Part shown: positions 10,494 to 23,180 of the stretch, one piece after another
Layout: every line of letters begins with the position of its first letter
Numbering within the stretch: the first letter of the stretch is position 1
Source of the DNA: Lepidodermella squamata
Lineage: Eukaryota > Animalia > Gastrotricha
Assembly (NCBI GenBank): GCA_047495785.1
Contig: JBLDXI010000007.1
Span: 3,286,001-3,350,000 of the forward strand
Direction of reading: 5' to 3'
DNA: 64,000 nucleotides
Notes under the pieces: generated by a model
The model's input: the letters and a program-made list of their open reading frames with translations, nothing else
Told to the model about the DNA's origin: nothing
Databases searched by the model: none
Made by a program: the position numbers and the translations under genes

Positions 10494-13124
10494 TTAGGCG
10501 GCAAAAACTACGAAGTATGCGTAGAAATTGACAGCAAGGAACAAGTCCATCGTCATGAGAAATGCAGCTAAATCAAAGGCCGTGGCGATACTGAGAGGTT
10601 TCAGACAAGATGACAACTCGCGCCTTCGATACATCATCCAAGGATGGTGAATCGTCATAGCGTACATAACCGTCTCGTATAACGTAATAACACCGGTTAA
10701 CCCAGCTAGAATTAGAATATACTCAGCCATTAGGACAGATTCCGACGTTTCAGGTATTTGTTGCATGACATCAGACTGAATGACGATCAAACTCAGGAGA
10801 AGGGTAGCAGAAAAGGCAGCCCGATCCGGCTTATCTGGCTGGAAGAGTAAAGACCCAAACACCAGCAACAGAATGATCAAAGACGGTGAAAGGCTGTTAA
10901 CCAAATATGGAGCTGATTTTCGGGAAAATGTGACGGTAAATCGAGCGTAGCCAGATGTTACTTTCCTCCTTATCAGCGATTTCATTATTCCATACACTGC
11001 TCTAGATGAATCCAGCTTCCACAACTCGCTTTCGAACGAACCATCAAAAGCCAGCTGAGCGCCACTGACGTTCAAAAACAAGTCAGACTCCTCGAGGACA
11101 AATGTGAAATCACATTGCTGCGAGTCGAACGGGAATTTTCGAAGCTTCAAGAGACACTGCGCATTAAAGATACCGAAACGAAACCAGTGGAAAAACATTG
11201 TTCGATTTGGCTTTGTTGGGTAGAAAACAATCTGAATCTGTTCTCGAAACCCGCTCTCCATATAGATATCGGTGGACGTGTTGGCAAACCGGAGGAAAGG
11301 CGTCCATACATCGCTCCTATCTACAGTGTAGATGCGTTCTGGGTCTGAAACCCCAGGAGCGGTGATGTCAGCCGGACAGGATGTAACAGCCCATTGAACC
11401 AATAAACAACCGCCGACGGATATCTCACGGGCTTTGGCGTCAATATCGACCAACCGCTGCAATTCCAGAGTCACGTAGACTTTTGTTCCATATGATGGAG
11501 ATCTGAAAATAAAGAACTAGAGAATCGCATATTCTAATCGCAAAACTTACTTGACTTGTGAACTTATGGATTTACAAGGCTTCATATCATCCGTAGATAT
11601 TTTAGGCAGAATGTTGCCATCTATCATTTCTGGAATTGGGAAGTTGTAGTCGTTTGGGTCAAATTGATAGGAGGCGTTAGGCTTGGCAGTTGAGACAACT
11701 ATAGTTGAACTACTGGTCGCAGAGGATGTTGTCTCTGTTGTTGTTGTGGTCGACGAGCTCGTTGAAGGACTTGTTGTAGTTGTCGTGGGATTTGTCGTCG
11801 GTGGTGATGTTGAGGAACTGGGCGGAGCTGTACTGCTTGACTGGGTGGAGCTTGATGTCGAGCTGGTTGAAAGGGGCGTGGAAGTCGTCGACGCCGTTGT
11901 TGTGGTTGTTGTAGGCTTAGTAGTTGTAGTTGTCGTAGTACTAGTTGACGGGGCTGTGGAAGTCGTTGAGGCTGTTGTTGTCGTAGTTGTGGGCTTAGTA
12001 GTGGTAGTCGTTGAAGTACTGGTTGAAGGTGTCGTAGAAGTCGTAGAAGCCGTTGTGGTCGTTGTTGTAGGCATTGTAGAAGTAGTTGTTGTAGTTGTCG
12101 TAGTCGTCGTGCTCGATGTTGAAGGGCTTGAAGCAAGGGTCCAGAATCGGAAATTCTTCATTTTATAGTACCCGTGATTATAACTGCAGAAGGTCATTGC
12201 TCTCAGCTTCACGTTCCCCGTTGCCAATGTATTTTTGAATCCAGTAATGCTCACGTCGCTGAAACACGGCGAGACCTGAGAGGCAGTGGGATTCGCGATC
12301 CCAACAGACAGTTTATCACCGTAAACTTGAATTATCAATTTGTAATTCGCGTTTCCGGTCGAGTCGAGGATGCTCCCGCCACAGCCTGGCGATGACGTAG
12401 CCGCAAGAGGTGAGCATGGCAGGCTGCAAGTCGAGGATGATGATGTTGTATGCCAAGCATAGGCTTTTCCGTTGGGCATCAGCTCTTGAAATACGCTCAG
12501 TCCCTGAACGTATTGAATTTCGTCATAGCAGCTGCCAGACCCTCCTGTGATTCACTCATATATTGGAAAAATAAGTCACTCAGGTTTAACATTACTCACC
12601 GGGATAATTAGGTGAAACACTTGAGAAAACCATTGCGAGCCAACCTTTTGAAGACGCAGTATTGCTGGCACTGTAAACGGCTGTTATATCCATTTCAGCT
12701 CGCCAGTTTGCAATAGTCGAATCAATATACTGGTCGAAATAAATTACGTTATCAACTTGAGTGTTTCCGAGATTATTGAATGGTGCGGCTGACCACTTAC
12801 CTGATCTGAAGAGATTCTGCCGTAGTCTGAAGAATCTCCAATATCACCTATTTGATACGCGTTGCCCAAATCAGTGGCATAATCATACAAAGATAAGGTC
12901 ATTGACTGCGAAACGCTTGAGTTCGCTTGATCGAATGAAAACGCAGATTGGTAGGTCGCAGTTCCCGAATACAAGTAGGGCAAGGGGAAGCTTGCAACGT
13001 CCGGAGTTGGGGTAATCGACGAACCTAGACATTTAATTTCAACAAAAACCAAACTAAATTTTAGCTGCAACCTACCTACACCACGGATGTAACACGCTAT
13101 CGCCAGAGAAAAGACTATATACAT
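10494..13124 (-). CDS. Stalked Cys-loop channel copy A (signal peptide, lectin-like domain, Thr/Ser stalk, LGIC), 801 aa
   Basis: Exons 13124-13076, 13024-12801, 12729-12600, 12544-11551, 11502-10494 (2406 nt, in frame, GT-AG). Cys-loop CLLKLRKFPFDSQQC; 4 TM. Confidence 0.9.
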
Positions 13125-13280
13125 GGCGCGTGATGTTTAAACTTGAATTGCGAAAACTAGGATTTTATTTATGAAACTTTCCCGACTGCAACTAATTTCG
13201 AATTCTGTCCGGATGTTTTAATTTACTACCGCCACCATTAGTGCAAAAGGTCGTGGATTGTCGAAAAAATCGATAATTAC

Positions 13281-13294
13281 CTATTATTGGAGCG
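13281..13294 (-). promoter_or_regulatory. Conserved upstream CCAAT-containing motif CGCTCCAATAATAG
   Basis: Lies 144-164 nt upstream of the ATG in copies A (13281), B (21503) and C (27314). Partial copy in the orphan remnant (23101); mutated in E (51969). Confidence 0.5.
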
Positions 13295-14757
13295 GACGCG
13301 TTAGTTTAGGACATTCAGGGGCTTTGTTCTGGGATATATGGCTTCTAAAGCCGCAGTCCCGTCACGCACCCAGCTGAAAGCTTTTATGTAGCATTAAATG
13401 TAATCGAATTGGTTGAAGCTCTCAAAAGCCAAATTCGGGCATTTTTATTAGAGAAAAGTTTAATTGCGTAATATGTCAGACCGTGTGGGACAATTTCAAC
13501 CCGTTCGCTTCAACACGAAATTGCCAGACGCGATTTTTCACGTAAATGTTTATTTCATGTCGTCGACCGCTGCACAGCTACATGAACGACAGCCACAAAC
13601 CGTGCGACTTTACCCAACATGTTCTGCTTTGTGTTAGTTAATTCACCTTCGATTGCTGCTCATTAAATTATTTAAAGGTTCCATTCGAAATTGCGAATTT
13701 CAGGAGTTTAGCATGTTGTATGGTTCCAACGGCGCACTTTGCGCAGATGGTCGATTTAGCGGATTATGCATAGCGATCCGTAAATTATAAAAATTCAAAC
13801 CTCCTAATTGCCATTCGCTCGAAGTCAAACGGATTGTCGAAAAAGTCGAGCGAGTTTAATTAACAATAATTGAAAGGTATGGGGCGCTGGGATGACGCGG
13901 ATGTAGTGCGAATATGTGGAGCGTTCACAATAATTGGTGACTGCAAGGATGGACAACTCCTTTATTAAATTAAATAATAATTGATGCACCTCGCAAAGCA
14001 AAATATCGACTGTTCTAAATCCAGTAAACCAAACGTGCGTCCGCTGAACTATGTTGACGGCATTTTGTATTATGGTGACGGAGAAGACATAGGTTGTAAA
14101 ATCTATCCAAACGAGCGCCTAAATATTGAAATTACAGACACGTCTGCGTCCAGGAAGGCCATAAAGTCTATGACGCAGGCACAGCATATACGAGACTTAT
14201 TCTTCAAATTTATATGTTTATTGCTCATAATTTCCATTAGGAAGACAAAACTGGGTTGTTCACAAGAATTTCAAAGGTAAAGGTCACTCTTTCAATGCAA
14301 TGAATCTTCATGAAAATAGTTGCTATCAGTACATTTCACGGGCTGCTTGAATGGGAAGATTATGAAGAGCCATCGATACGGATATACCCGCAGCAGTACA
14401 AACGTAGCCTGCTGACGACCATCAATAATCTACAATCTTCCTCCTTCCCTGACACTGATAGAGCGGCGACGAAATTGTTCGGAGTGTCAAGTCGTAGCTA
14501 TCATGAGGTAGAAAGATGGCTAACGGTTCAACTTTCGACTGATCCAAAACGTACAATGGGCTTACAGACATGGGAATAGCCTGGTTGAATCAGCCTCAGC
14601 CGAGCAAAATAGTTGTAACCGTATCCGAAATCAACCTTCGAAATTGCGAAATCGTGCGAGAGCCCTCTGTGTCGCTCAACGAGTGCTTGAGCAAACACGC
14701 TATGCAACTATCCAATGCCATTTTTACACTATTTGAGCTTCGTAAATTTCCGCTGTA

Positions 14758-16692
14758 CAGTGCTCCCTCGATATCTGCAACCCCGCTATCTGCCCACCCC
14801 CGTTAGTAGTCATCGATTTGTGGACCCTGCTAAATAAATTAGTTGTAAATTTTTAATTAAACAAAAAATTATTATTTGATAAATTAAAAAAATTAAATGT
14901 GAAAATTTAGCGTTCCTGGAAACCTAGCGGTGCGTTGTCGTGGGTTTGAGAGATCCGTTTCGGATCCAGTTATTTCAAGTTCAGTTAAAACGAGTTGAAA
15001 GATCATCAGTGCATTAAGCTGTTCTTGTGGTTCTGAAATGACTTTGATTATGCAACAGAGTGTGTGGATTAGCTGCCACTCAAGTCGCGCTGTGAGTCGT
15101 CTTGCTTTTTTAGTTAAACTTTTCCATCAGAAATTACAGACAAAATCAGCAATTCATTTCAATAACTATAAAAATGCGTCAATCTTCTATCTCCTTGGTT
15201 TGCAGATTTTTCCTCAGGTGAATTGCTGATCATCTAAAAGACTTATCTGAATTGCCCTGATTTTTCATTTTTTAGCTTTTTCCCGGCCAGAAAATCTCTT
15301 GAAATTTACCAGCATTATTAGCATGATCAAATCAGGATATAATACGTGATTTTTTAAGGAAACTGAAACTTCAGTTTTTCCCAATTTTGTTCCCGGCTGT
15401 GTTGCGTAATCATGAATAATCACGTCTATATTTTAAGATTCATTTTAATTTCGATACTTGGATTTCTTCTCATAAAATTAGACCGATTTCATTCGTTCCA
15501 GTTGTCCTGAGTTATTGGAATTATTAGCCGATTTTCGATTGTCAATAGGCCTGATCTAACATGAAACTGGCTGCCCCTACTTTACGATTTACTTGCTCAA
15601 CGCCCTGGCAATTTTCCCGGTTTATTCACAACTTATTATAATTTAAACTTTGACTTTGAAAATTGCAACATCCCGAGGAGGGGCGGCGGGAGCTTCTGCC
15701 CGATTTTTTCAATTGCTCTGATCTCATTAGGCCATTTGAATGGGAACCAGACCATGCCTGGGAAGATAATAATTCATTCATTCAATCGATTTTCCTATCG
15801 AATTGGTGTTTCCTCTTGACGGTATTTTGACTTGAAATTACGAAGTTTGTGACCGCTCAATCCTATTAGTTCGATGAAATTCATAAAAGGCAGGAGCAGC
15901 TTCGTAAAAATTATCAAAAATATTACAAATTATTTTTTGAAACTCTTCGATACCCGAAGCTTTGTCACGAAAAATTCCTAGTCGGAATTTAATTTAATTT
16001 TGAAACATAGAATTATTTTAACGTATATGGATGGCATTCTCTCGATTTAATGGGATCATCCATCGACAAGGCTAGCAAGAAACTGGCTTCTACTAATTCA
16101 CCGTTGATTTGTTCAATATCGTGGCGATTACGTGCAATATTTTAACCATTTTTATCATTTTAATTTGACTTTGAAATCGTAACAACCCGAGGAGGGGCGG
16201 CGGGAGCTTCTGGCCGATTTTCCGACTAGGCCGGCCTTCACTCCGCTGATTTGCCAGTCGATGATTACTATTCTATCGAGATCCTACGCCTCTGCATATA
16301 AAATACTGTCGTTATTTCTGTTGATAGCTGGTAGCCTAGATCTTGAAATTTAACTCTGAAGGTTTTTTAAAAATTTAAAAATTTAAAATCAGAACTCAGG
16401 TGTCCCGCTGTTGCCGAGAAAGTTGATATTTATCGTGAATGCCTTAGTGCTAAAAATCACGAGGAAACGTGAACAATTTTCGTTGATGCGATTTTCCGCT
16501 CAGAATAAAAAGATTCAAGAGGCTAAATAAAAAATCAAGACGCGTTGTCATGTTTACTGTTTGTTCAGCGCCATCTGGCTAGCAACTCGCTCAAACTTAA
16601 TCCCTGACTCATGTACAGCCCCCGTTAGCTGTCTCCCTCGATAATTGCACGACCCTGGACCCGGCCCCCATGCAGATAGCGGGGGAGCACTG
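14758..16692. mobile_element. Non-autonomous Tc1/mariner-type (pogo/Tigger-like) DNA element
   Basis: TA-CAGTGCTCCC...GGGAGCACTG-TA termini. About 0.9 kb of interior is shared with the elements at 46623 and 54375. No transposase ORF. Confidence 0.8.
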
Positions 16693-16919
16693 TATTACTT
16701 TCTATGGTTATATTGAACACGTTTAGTGTCCATGCCGCGCCGGATATTGGAAATTGAAGCGGCTCGAACCATATAGCCAAAGTTATCAAGTTATTGCTTA
16801 GATTCCCGTGGTTCTACAGTAAAAAATGTTAATTTTTGATTTCATTGGGTTTTCGCGTACTTTCTGTTGGATTTCAATACAAGCCTAGAATACACTTTTT
16901 ATTTTTAAGCAGCAATAAA

Positions 16920-18102
16920 ATGAGAAACGTGATTATTGCAATAGTTGCTGCTACTCTGCTGAATTGTAGAGTCGCGGCCACACCGTTGAGCTATGAAACC
17001 GAAAACTATCTGAGAGAAAGATTCTTCGGCACTTGCCATGCTGACCTCGGATTCTACAACCATCAGATCAATTTAGACCTGCTCTTCTACGTATTTAACT
17101 TGGTCGAATTCGACGAACACGAAGAAACAATGACAATCTTCGCAACTCTCAACATTTGCTGGACTGATGACTGCGTCGCATGGGAAAAGGACCTGGCTAA
17201 AATTGCGCAAACAGCCTCGCCAAAAGTTGCGAAACAACTTGAAAGTTTGACTCACGTCGCTTTCCCAACGTCTTTGTTCTGGAAACCACCAATAATCCAT
17301 CGAAACAGTCCTTACAAGGTACAAAGCATTATTGAGAATGGCCAACAATTGACTACGAATGTTTTCAACTGGGCTGTACTCGACCTCGTGCACTCTGCAA
17401 CTAAAATGGTTCCCTTTCGACACCCAAACTTGCATGTTCGCCTTCGAGCTGTGGGACACGACCTACTACACGAACATCACCGCGGCTAATATTATGATTG
17501 ACGTCGAAAATCCCGAGGGTTTCACGAGTCCCATGGATGTGTGGCAACTGGAGAAGTACCACGGTGAGGTCGCAAAAACTTGCTACCCAATGGGCAGACC
17601 ATCTCAGCTAGTTTGCTCGGCTGAGGCTCATTACACGTTTGTAATCAGTCGAAAAGCTGCTCCATACGTCTTTGCTATCTTCCTGCCATCGATTTTACTT
17701 AATATCTTACAGTTAAGCCCTTTCGCAATGGAACCACACATGCCAGAGCGTTGCGAGTATTCAACGACGATTCTTCTAGCTTTCGCAGTTATCCATCAAA
17801 TGGTTGAGCAGGACATTCCGAAGACCGCTGAAACGATATATCTTGTTCTGTACATAAACGCTTGCCTTGTCGTCGGAGGTGTCTGCACGCTCTATTCTGC
17901 GTTAAGCATTGGACTGTGCAACTGGCTGGGAGATCGCAGAAAGAAGCCTAGAATTGTAACTATCCCGCTGCGTTGGAGCAACATCGCAAAAGAACCTTTT
18001 CAAATTCCTATTGTTCGCTTGATTGATCTGATTGTATTTTCAGTTTTAACCCTAACTGCTATTGCCATCAATGGCAGCTTTTTCTTAATGATTTGCGCTT
18101 GA
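16920..18102 (+). pseudogene. Intronless Cys-loop channel subunit with a frameshift near 17360 (pseudogene or assembly error)
   Basis: Frame 1 has the signal peptide MRNVIIAIVAATLL, WTDDCVAW and WKPPI. Frame 2 has CTLQLKWFPFDTQTC and 4 TM. There is no room for an intron at the junction, and the segment looks shortened. Confidence 0.75.
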
Positions 18103-18479
18103 TCTCTCATGATCTGAGGCGGGAACTTTTATATTCCTGGGATTTTCTAACAAAAAGTGCTTGATTTTCAAGTTAGTATCAGGTTTTGATACTCAGAACA
18201 CGAATTCTCTCATGTTTTCTAAAGAGATGGGCGACTACCAGCGCTATTGCTGGAACAAATACGGTAAATTTCTTGAACTGGCAGAGCTTTTATGCGGATT
18301 TCATGGAAGCGTCTATCGCAATGTCTAATTTAGTCGAATTGTTTGTTCTAAAGCCGCTCAGGCCTTTTCTCCGTTGTTTAGATTAATTGTGAATCTTGTA
18401 TCAGGTCGTCGCCAAATCCATTGACAAAAGCAGCAGCGATTGCTGAATGTCCACCTTCCACGTGCGCGGAATGAAAGAC

Positions 18480-18680
18480 AAATGAATTGAGGTCAACCTA
18501 GGTTCGGACAGACTCAGATTCAGACTCGGATGATGGCGATAGCGAAACTCTGGAAGAACGATCTGCGCATAGATACGCATAGAAACGGGCGAAAATAGGG
18601 CAACCTCGTCACTGGAATCTGTTCATTTTATCCTCCAAACTTTTCGTCCGCTAATCCAGTGAAAGGAAAAGTGTCCTGTC
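18480..18680 (+). pseudogene. Degenerate copy of the last exon of the 7169-10377 channel gene
   Basis: Aligns by eye with ~10130-10380 (GATTCAGACTC, AAACGG, CTCGTCACT, TGTCC), with stops and indels. Confidence 0.7.
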
Positions 18681-18774
18681 AGAGCATACAAGTTTTTTAT
18701 TCATATTTTGAAAGTTTTTTAAATGGATTTAAAACGTCGCTAATGTGCAGAAGAGGGGGCGAGACGATAAATGT

Positions 18775-21359
18775 TTAGTAGGCGGAAAAAGCAACGAGTG
18801 ACGCGTAAACATTGACTGCTAGGAAAGTGTCCATTGTAAAAAGGAAAGCAGCTAGATCAAAAGCTCGCGCGACACTAAGCGGTTTCAAGCAAGAATGCAA
18901 TTCTCGCTTCCGATGCATCATCCACGGATAGCGAATTGTCATCGCGTAAATAACCGTTTCGTACAGCGTAATCACCCCAGTGAGCCCAGCCATTATCAGA
19001 ATATACTCAGCCATGAGGACAGATTCTGAAGTTTCAGGAATCTGTTGCAAAACATCAGATTCAATCACGATCAAACTCAAGAGTAGGGTAGCTGAGAAGG
19101 CAGCCCGATCCGGGACATCTGGCTGGAATAGAAAAGACCCATATACCAGCAAGAGTAGGATAAGAGACGGTGCGAGACTGTTAACCAAATATGGACCAGA
19201 TTTTCGGGCAAATGTGACCGTAAATCGAGCGTATCCAGATGTCTGCTTCTTCCGCATGAGAGACCGTGTTGTTCCATACATCGAGCTTGCAGATTCAAGC
19301 TTCCACAGCTCACTTTCGAATGCGCCAACAAAAGCCAGCTGAGTGCCAGTCACGTTTAAGAATTGATCAGATTCCTCCAGGACAAATGTGAAATCGCATT
19401 GCTGCGAGTCGAACGGAAATTTACGAAGCTTCAAGAGACACTGAGCATTGAAGATACCGAAACGCAGCCAGTGAAAAAATAATGTACGATTTGGCGTGGT
19501 TGGATAGAAAACAATTTGAATCTGTTCGCGAAACCCGGTCTGCATGTAGATATCGGTGGACGTATTGGCAAATCGGAGGAAAGGAGTCCACACATCGCTC
19601 CTATCCACAGTGTAAATGCGCTCTGGATCTAAAACATCGGGTGCTGTGACGTCAGCTGGGCAAGATGTAACAGCCCATTGAACTAATAAGCAACCGCCGA
19701 CGGATATCTCACGGGCTTTGGCGTCAATATCGACCAAACGCTGCATTTCTAGAGTGACGTAGATTTGTGTTCCAAACGATGGAGATCTTCAATAATATAA
19801 AAATAGGTCGTGCAGGTTGCAAGTTTTCATTCAAAACTTACTTTGCCTGTGGACTTATGGTTTTGCATGGCTTTATATCCTCCACTGATAGCTTTGGCAG
19901 AATGTTACCGTCAATCATTTCAGGAATCGGGAAATTGTAGTCGTTTGATTCGAATTGATAGGTGGCATCAGCCAGAGTAGTTGATGCAACTTCAGTTGAA
20001 GTACTTGTCGCAGAGGATGTTGTCTCTGTAGTTGTTGCAGTCGAAGAGCTAGTAGAAGTTGTGGATGAGCTCGTTGTAGTTTTCGATGTTGAAGAACTAG
20101 ACGCAGCTGTACTGCTTGATTGTGTCGAGCTTGACGACGTTGATTGAGTTGTAGTACTGGTTGAAGGCGCTGTAGATGTCGCAGAGACGATTGTCGTTGT
20201 AGTCGTAGGCTTAGTTGTGGTTATTGTTGTAGAACTAGTTGATGGGGCTGTAGTCGAAGTCGACGGTGCCGTGGAAGTCGTCTCGCCTGTTGTTCTGGTA
20301 GTCATAGGATTTGTGGTTGTTGTTGTAGTCGTAGTAGTGCTCGATGTTGAAGGGCTTGAAGCAAGAGTCCAGAATCGGAAATTCTTGATATTATAGTAGC
20401 CGTGATCATCATAACTACAAAAAGAGATTGCCCTCAGCTTCACATTCCCTGTTGCTAAGGTAGTTTGGAATCCATTAATGCTCACGTCGCTGAAACACGT
20501 CGAGACCCGAGAGCCACTTGGAGACGCGATCCCAACAGACAGCTTATCGCCGTAAACTTGAATGATCAACTTGTAATCCACGTTTCCGGTCGAATCGAGG
20601 ATACCTCCGCCACAGCCTGGCGATGACGTTGCCGCAAGGGGTGAGCATGGCAAGCCGCAACTCGAGGATGTTGGTGAGGTTGTGTGCCACGCATAGGCCT
20701 TGCCGTCGGGCATCAGCTCTTGAAATACGCTGAGGCCCTGGACGTTTAAAATTCTGTCAAGGCAGTCATAACCGCCTGGAATCCACTCAAATAGGAAAAT
20801 GTCAGTTAATTACTCGCTTTCACTTACTAGGGTAAGTAGGCGAAGCACTCGAGAAAACCATTGCGAGCCAAGCTCTTGAGGACGCATTGTTGCTGGCGCT
20901 GTAAATCGCCGTGATATCCATTTCAGCTCGCCAGTTTAGAGCGGTCGAATCAATGTACTAATATTACATTTATGAGTTCTTTCATTGGAGACTAAGGAAC
21001 CCTTCCGCCCGACTGTTGGGCTTATACTTACCTGGTCCGAAGTGATTCTGCCGTAATCTGCCGCGTCCGCAATGTCTCCTATTTGATAAGCGTTGCCCAA
21101 ATCATCGGAGTAAGGATACAAAGATGGTGACATAGACTGCGAAACGCTTGAATTTTCTTTATCGAAAGATAACGCTGACTGGTAAGACGCGGTCCCTTCA
21201 TACAGGTAAGGTAAAGGAAAGCTCGCAACATCAGGAGTTGGGATGATCGTTGAACCTAGAAGCGTCGTTATCTAATATATAATCTATGAAGGGTGCTACA
21301 TGGAACCTACCAATGCTACTGAAGCAAGTGGTTATGGTCAGCAAAATGATCAGGTTCAT
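18775..21359 (-). CDS. Stalked Cys-loop channel copy B, 782 aa
   Basis: Exons 21359-21311, 21255-21032, 20957-20828, 20775-19842, 19786-18775 (2349 nt, in frame). Same architecture as copy A. Confidence 0.9.
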
Positions 21360-22939
21360 GGCTTGTGATACTTTCGTGAAAACAAAGATTCCTGTTATGA
21401 CAGTAATTCATTCATAACTGCGTCCTTTGCGCTGACTTTTTAAATTGTTAATCGCCATCAAAAGCATGAATGTCGTGGATCAACCAGACAATCAATAGTT
21501 AGCTATTATTGGAGCGACTCAGCTTGTTCTGCTGACTTCTATCGTCTGTGTTCAAGCGGAAGCACAGATCCACCGCATTTTCATCACGCACTTTCAGCTT
21601 TCAGCCCACGTTTTAAAAAACAAACGCCTTTGCAGACATTTGTCAAAAAAACAGGTCAAACCGCGTAACATGGAATGTCGCTGGGCATTTTCTTTTTCGA
21701 GACCTCGCTCAGGACAATAGGCTTAGAGATAAGTTTGAAAACAGAAATCGATTGATCGAGACATTTTTTTAGAATCAATGTGTCGCTGTACTAAAATTCG
21801 CGTTCCCAACAGAACACATCGGTGTGGGAACATTCGCCAGACCAAATTTACGGTTGCATATTCGCAGTTTTAGAAAAAGAGGCAATACGAGGACAATTTC
21901 ATTTCAGAATGAACACGGACGTAGTTGGTTTGTTACTACTAACTACTATATACAGTGCAACGGTCACTGGAACATCGATCATCCTTGTATCTCAAACGTC
22001 CTCATGTTCATGAACCTTTCACAAGAATTATCATGCAATGTCCAGAGATTGTCCTTGGCCGATCTGCCTGACCGCGACATAAGCAACGTCATTTTGGCCG
22101 TCTTACGTTTTGTCATTTATTTCAAGTGAAATTTCTGTTCCTCTAATTATTCACAAGTTCCATTTGGGAATCGTGAAATTCGGGGTTGGTACATTTTATA
22201 ATTCACGTTACACTTTATTCATGAATATTGATTTCGAACACAGTTAATGGAATTATGAACTACAAACACCGACAAAAAACTGCGAGAACGAAAGCCGAGG
22301 CATGAAGCTTCCAAAAACGCGTACATAATCTGAACTTTTTCCATTCTCAAAAGTCGGCTATTTTTTACTTTTACAGTTTATTAAGAGGGTAAATAAGGAA
22401 GATCGCATTTCAGGCGCAGCTACTCATAAAATGTCATGAATGACAATTCGAACACAGCTAACAAACGCTAATAAAAACTGAAACGCCTTTACTGATGTTG
22501 CTTGAATAACAATTCGTAAGCCAAGAAAATATATCAGACAATTCTCTATATCGATTGAATATGGTGTTCTCGCGTGAAAAATCAATTGGAAAATGGTTTC
22601 CGCGCACCTTAGATTTTGCGCGTAGGGTTAGAGTTGCGCTTTCGCTTCTGGAATCTCGAGAGGCGCGTAAAACCTTTTCCCATTACTTTTTTTCGAGAGA
22701 ACAATATTATTTCATAATATTCAATCGATATAGAATAGTTTGACCTATTTTGGTATAAAACCGCTTGAAAAGTCAAAACTGGCCTTTTGACATCAGCGCG
22801 CACGGCCGGGAAATTTACGAAAATTTTGACTTTCGGCGTTCGCGCATAAGTCCACCATTACCTTTTACGCAATGGGCCGCACGAAACTAAGAGGGTCCGG
22901 AATCGAGCAACTACCAACGCTGCGCGCTGCGGAATCATG

Positions 22940-23180
22940 TTGCTATCGTCAGCGAGATGAGCTCGTGAAACCTTTGAGCAAAGATTCATGAGACTGCTAT
23001 CATTCATAACTGTGTCTCTTGTCTCTTGCGCTGATTGTTAAATATTTAATTGCCGCCATTAGAGCGCAGGTCGTGGTTTAGCCGGACAATCAATAAATAG
23101 CTATTATTGGAGTTACTGAGCCTGTTTTCCGCCTGTTTTTTTTTGTTGTCACTTCATCCTCATCACGCACTCATCACGTC
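22940..23180 (-). pseudogene. Orphan upstream region/exon-1 remnant of a stalked-channel paralog, ATG deleted
   Basis: GCTATCGTCAGCGA..GCTCGTGA..CATAACTGTGTC..CTATTATTGGAG matches 51797-51980 and 27130-27330. The segment containing the start codon is missing. Confidence 0.7.

Noticed and set aside
11683-12168. Val/Glu-rich plus-strand ORFs (also 19962, 30303, 50623, 56205, 61278)
   Set aside because: Antisense shadows of the Thr/Ser stalk codons.
11547-12479. Stalk ORFs and channel ORFs as separate genes, as the ORF track suggests
   Set aside because: Each stalk ORF ends at or just past a GT donor and joins the channel exon in frame through a conserved phase-2 intron.
13870-14750. Several short plus-strand ORFs
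   Set aside because: No recognisable domain or consistent splice model; possibly a decayed gene.
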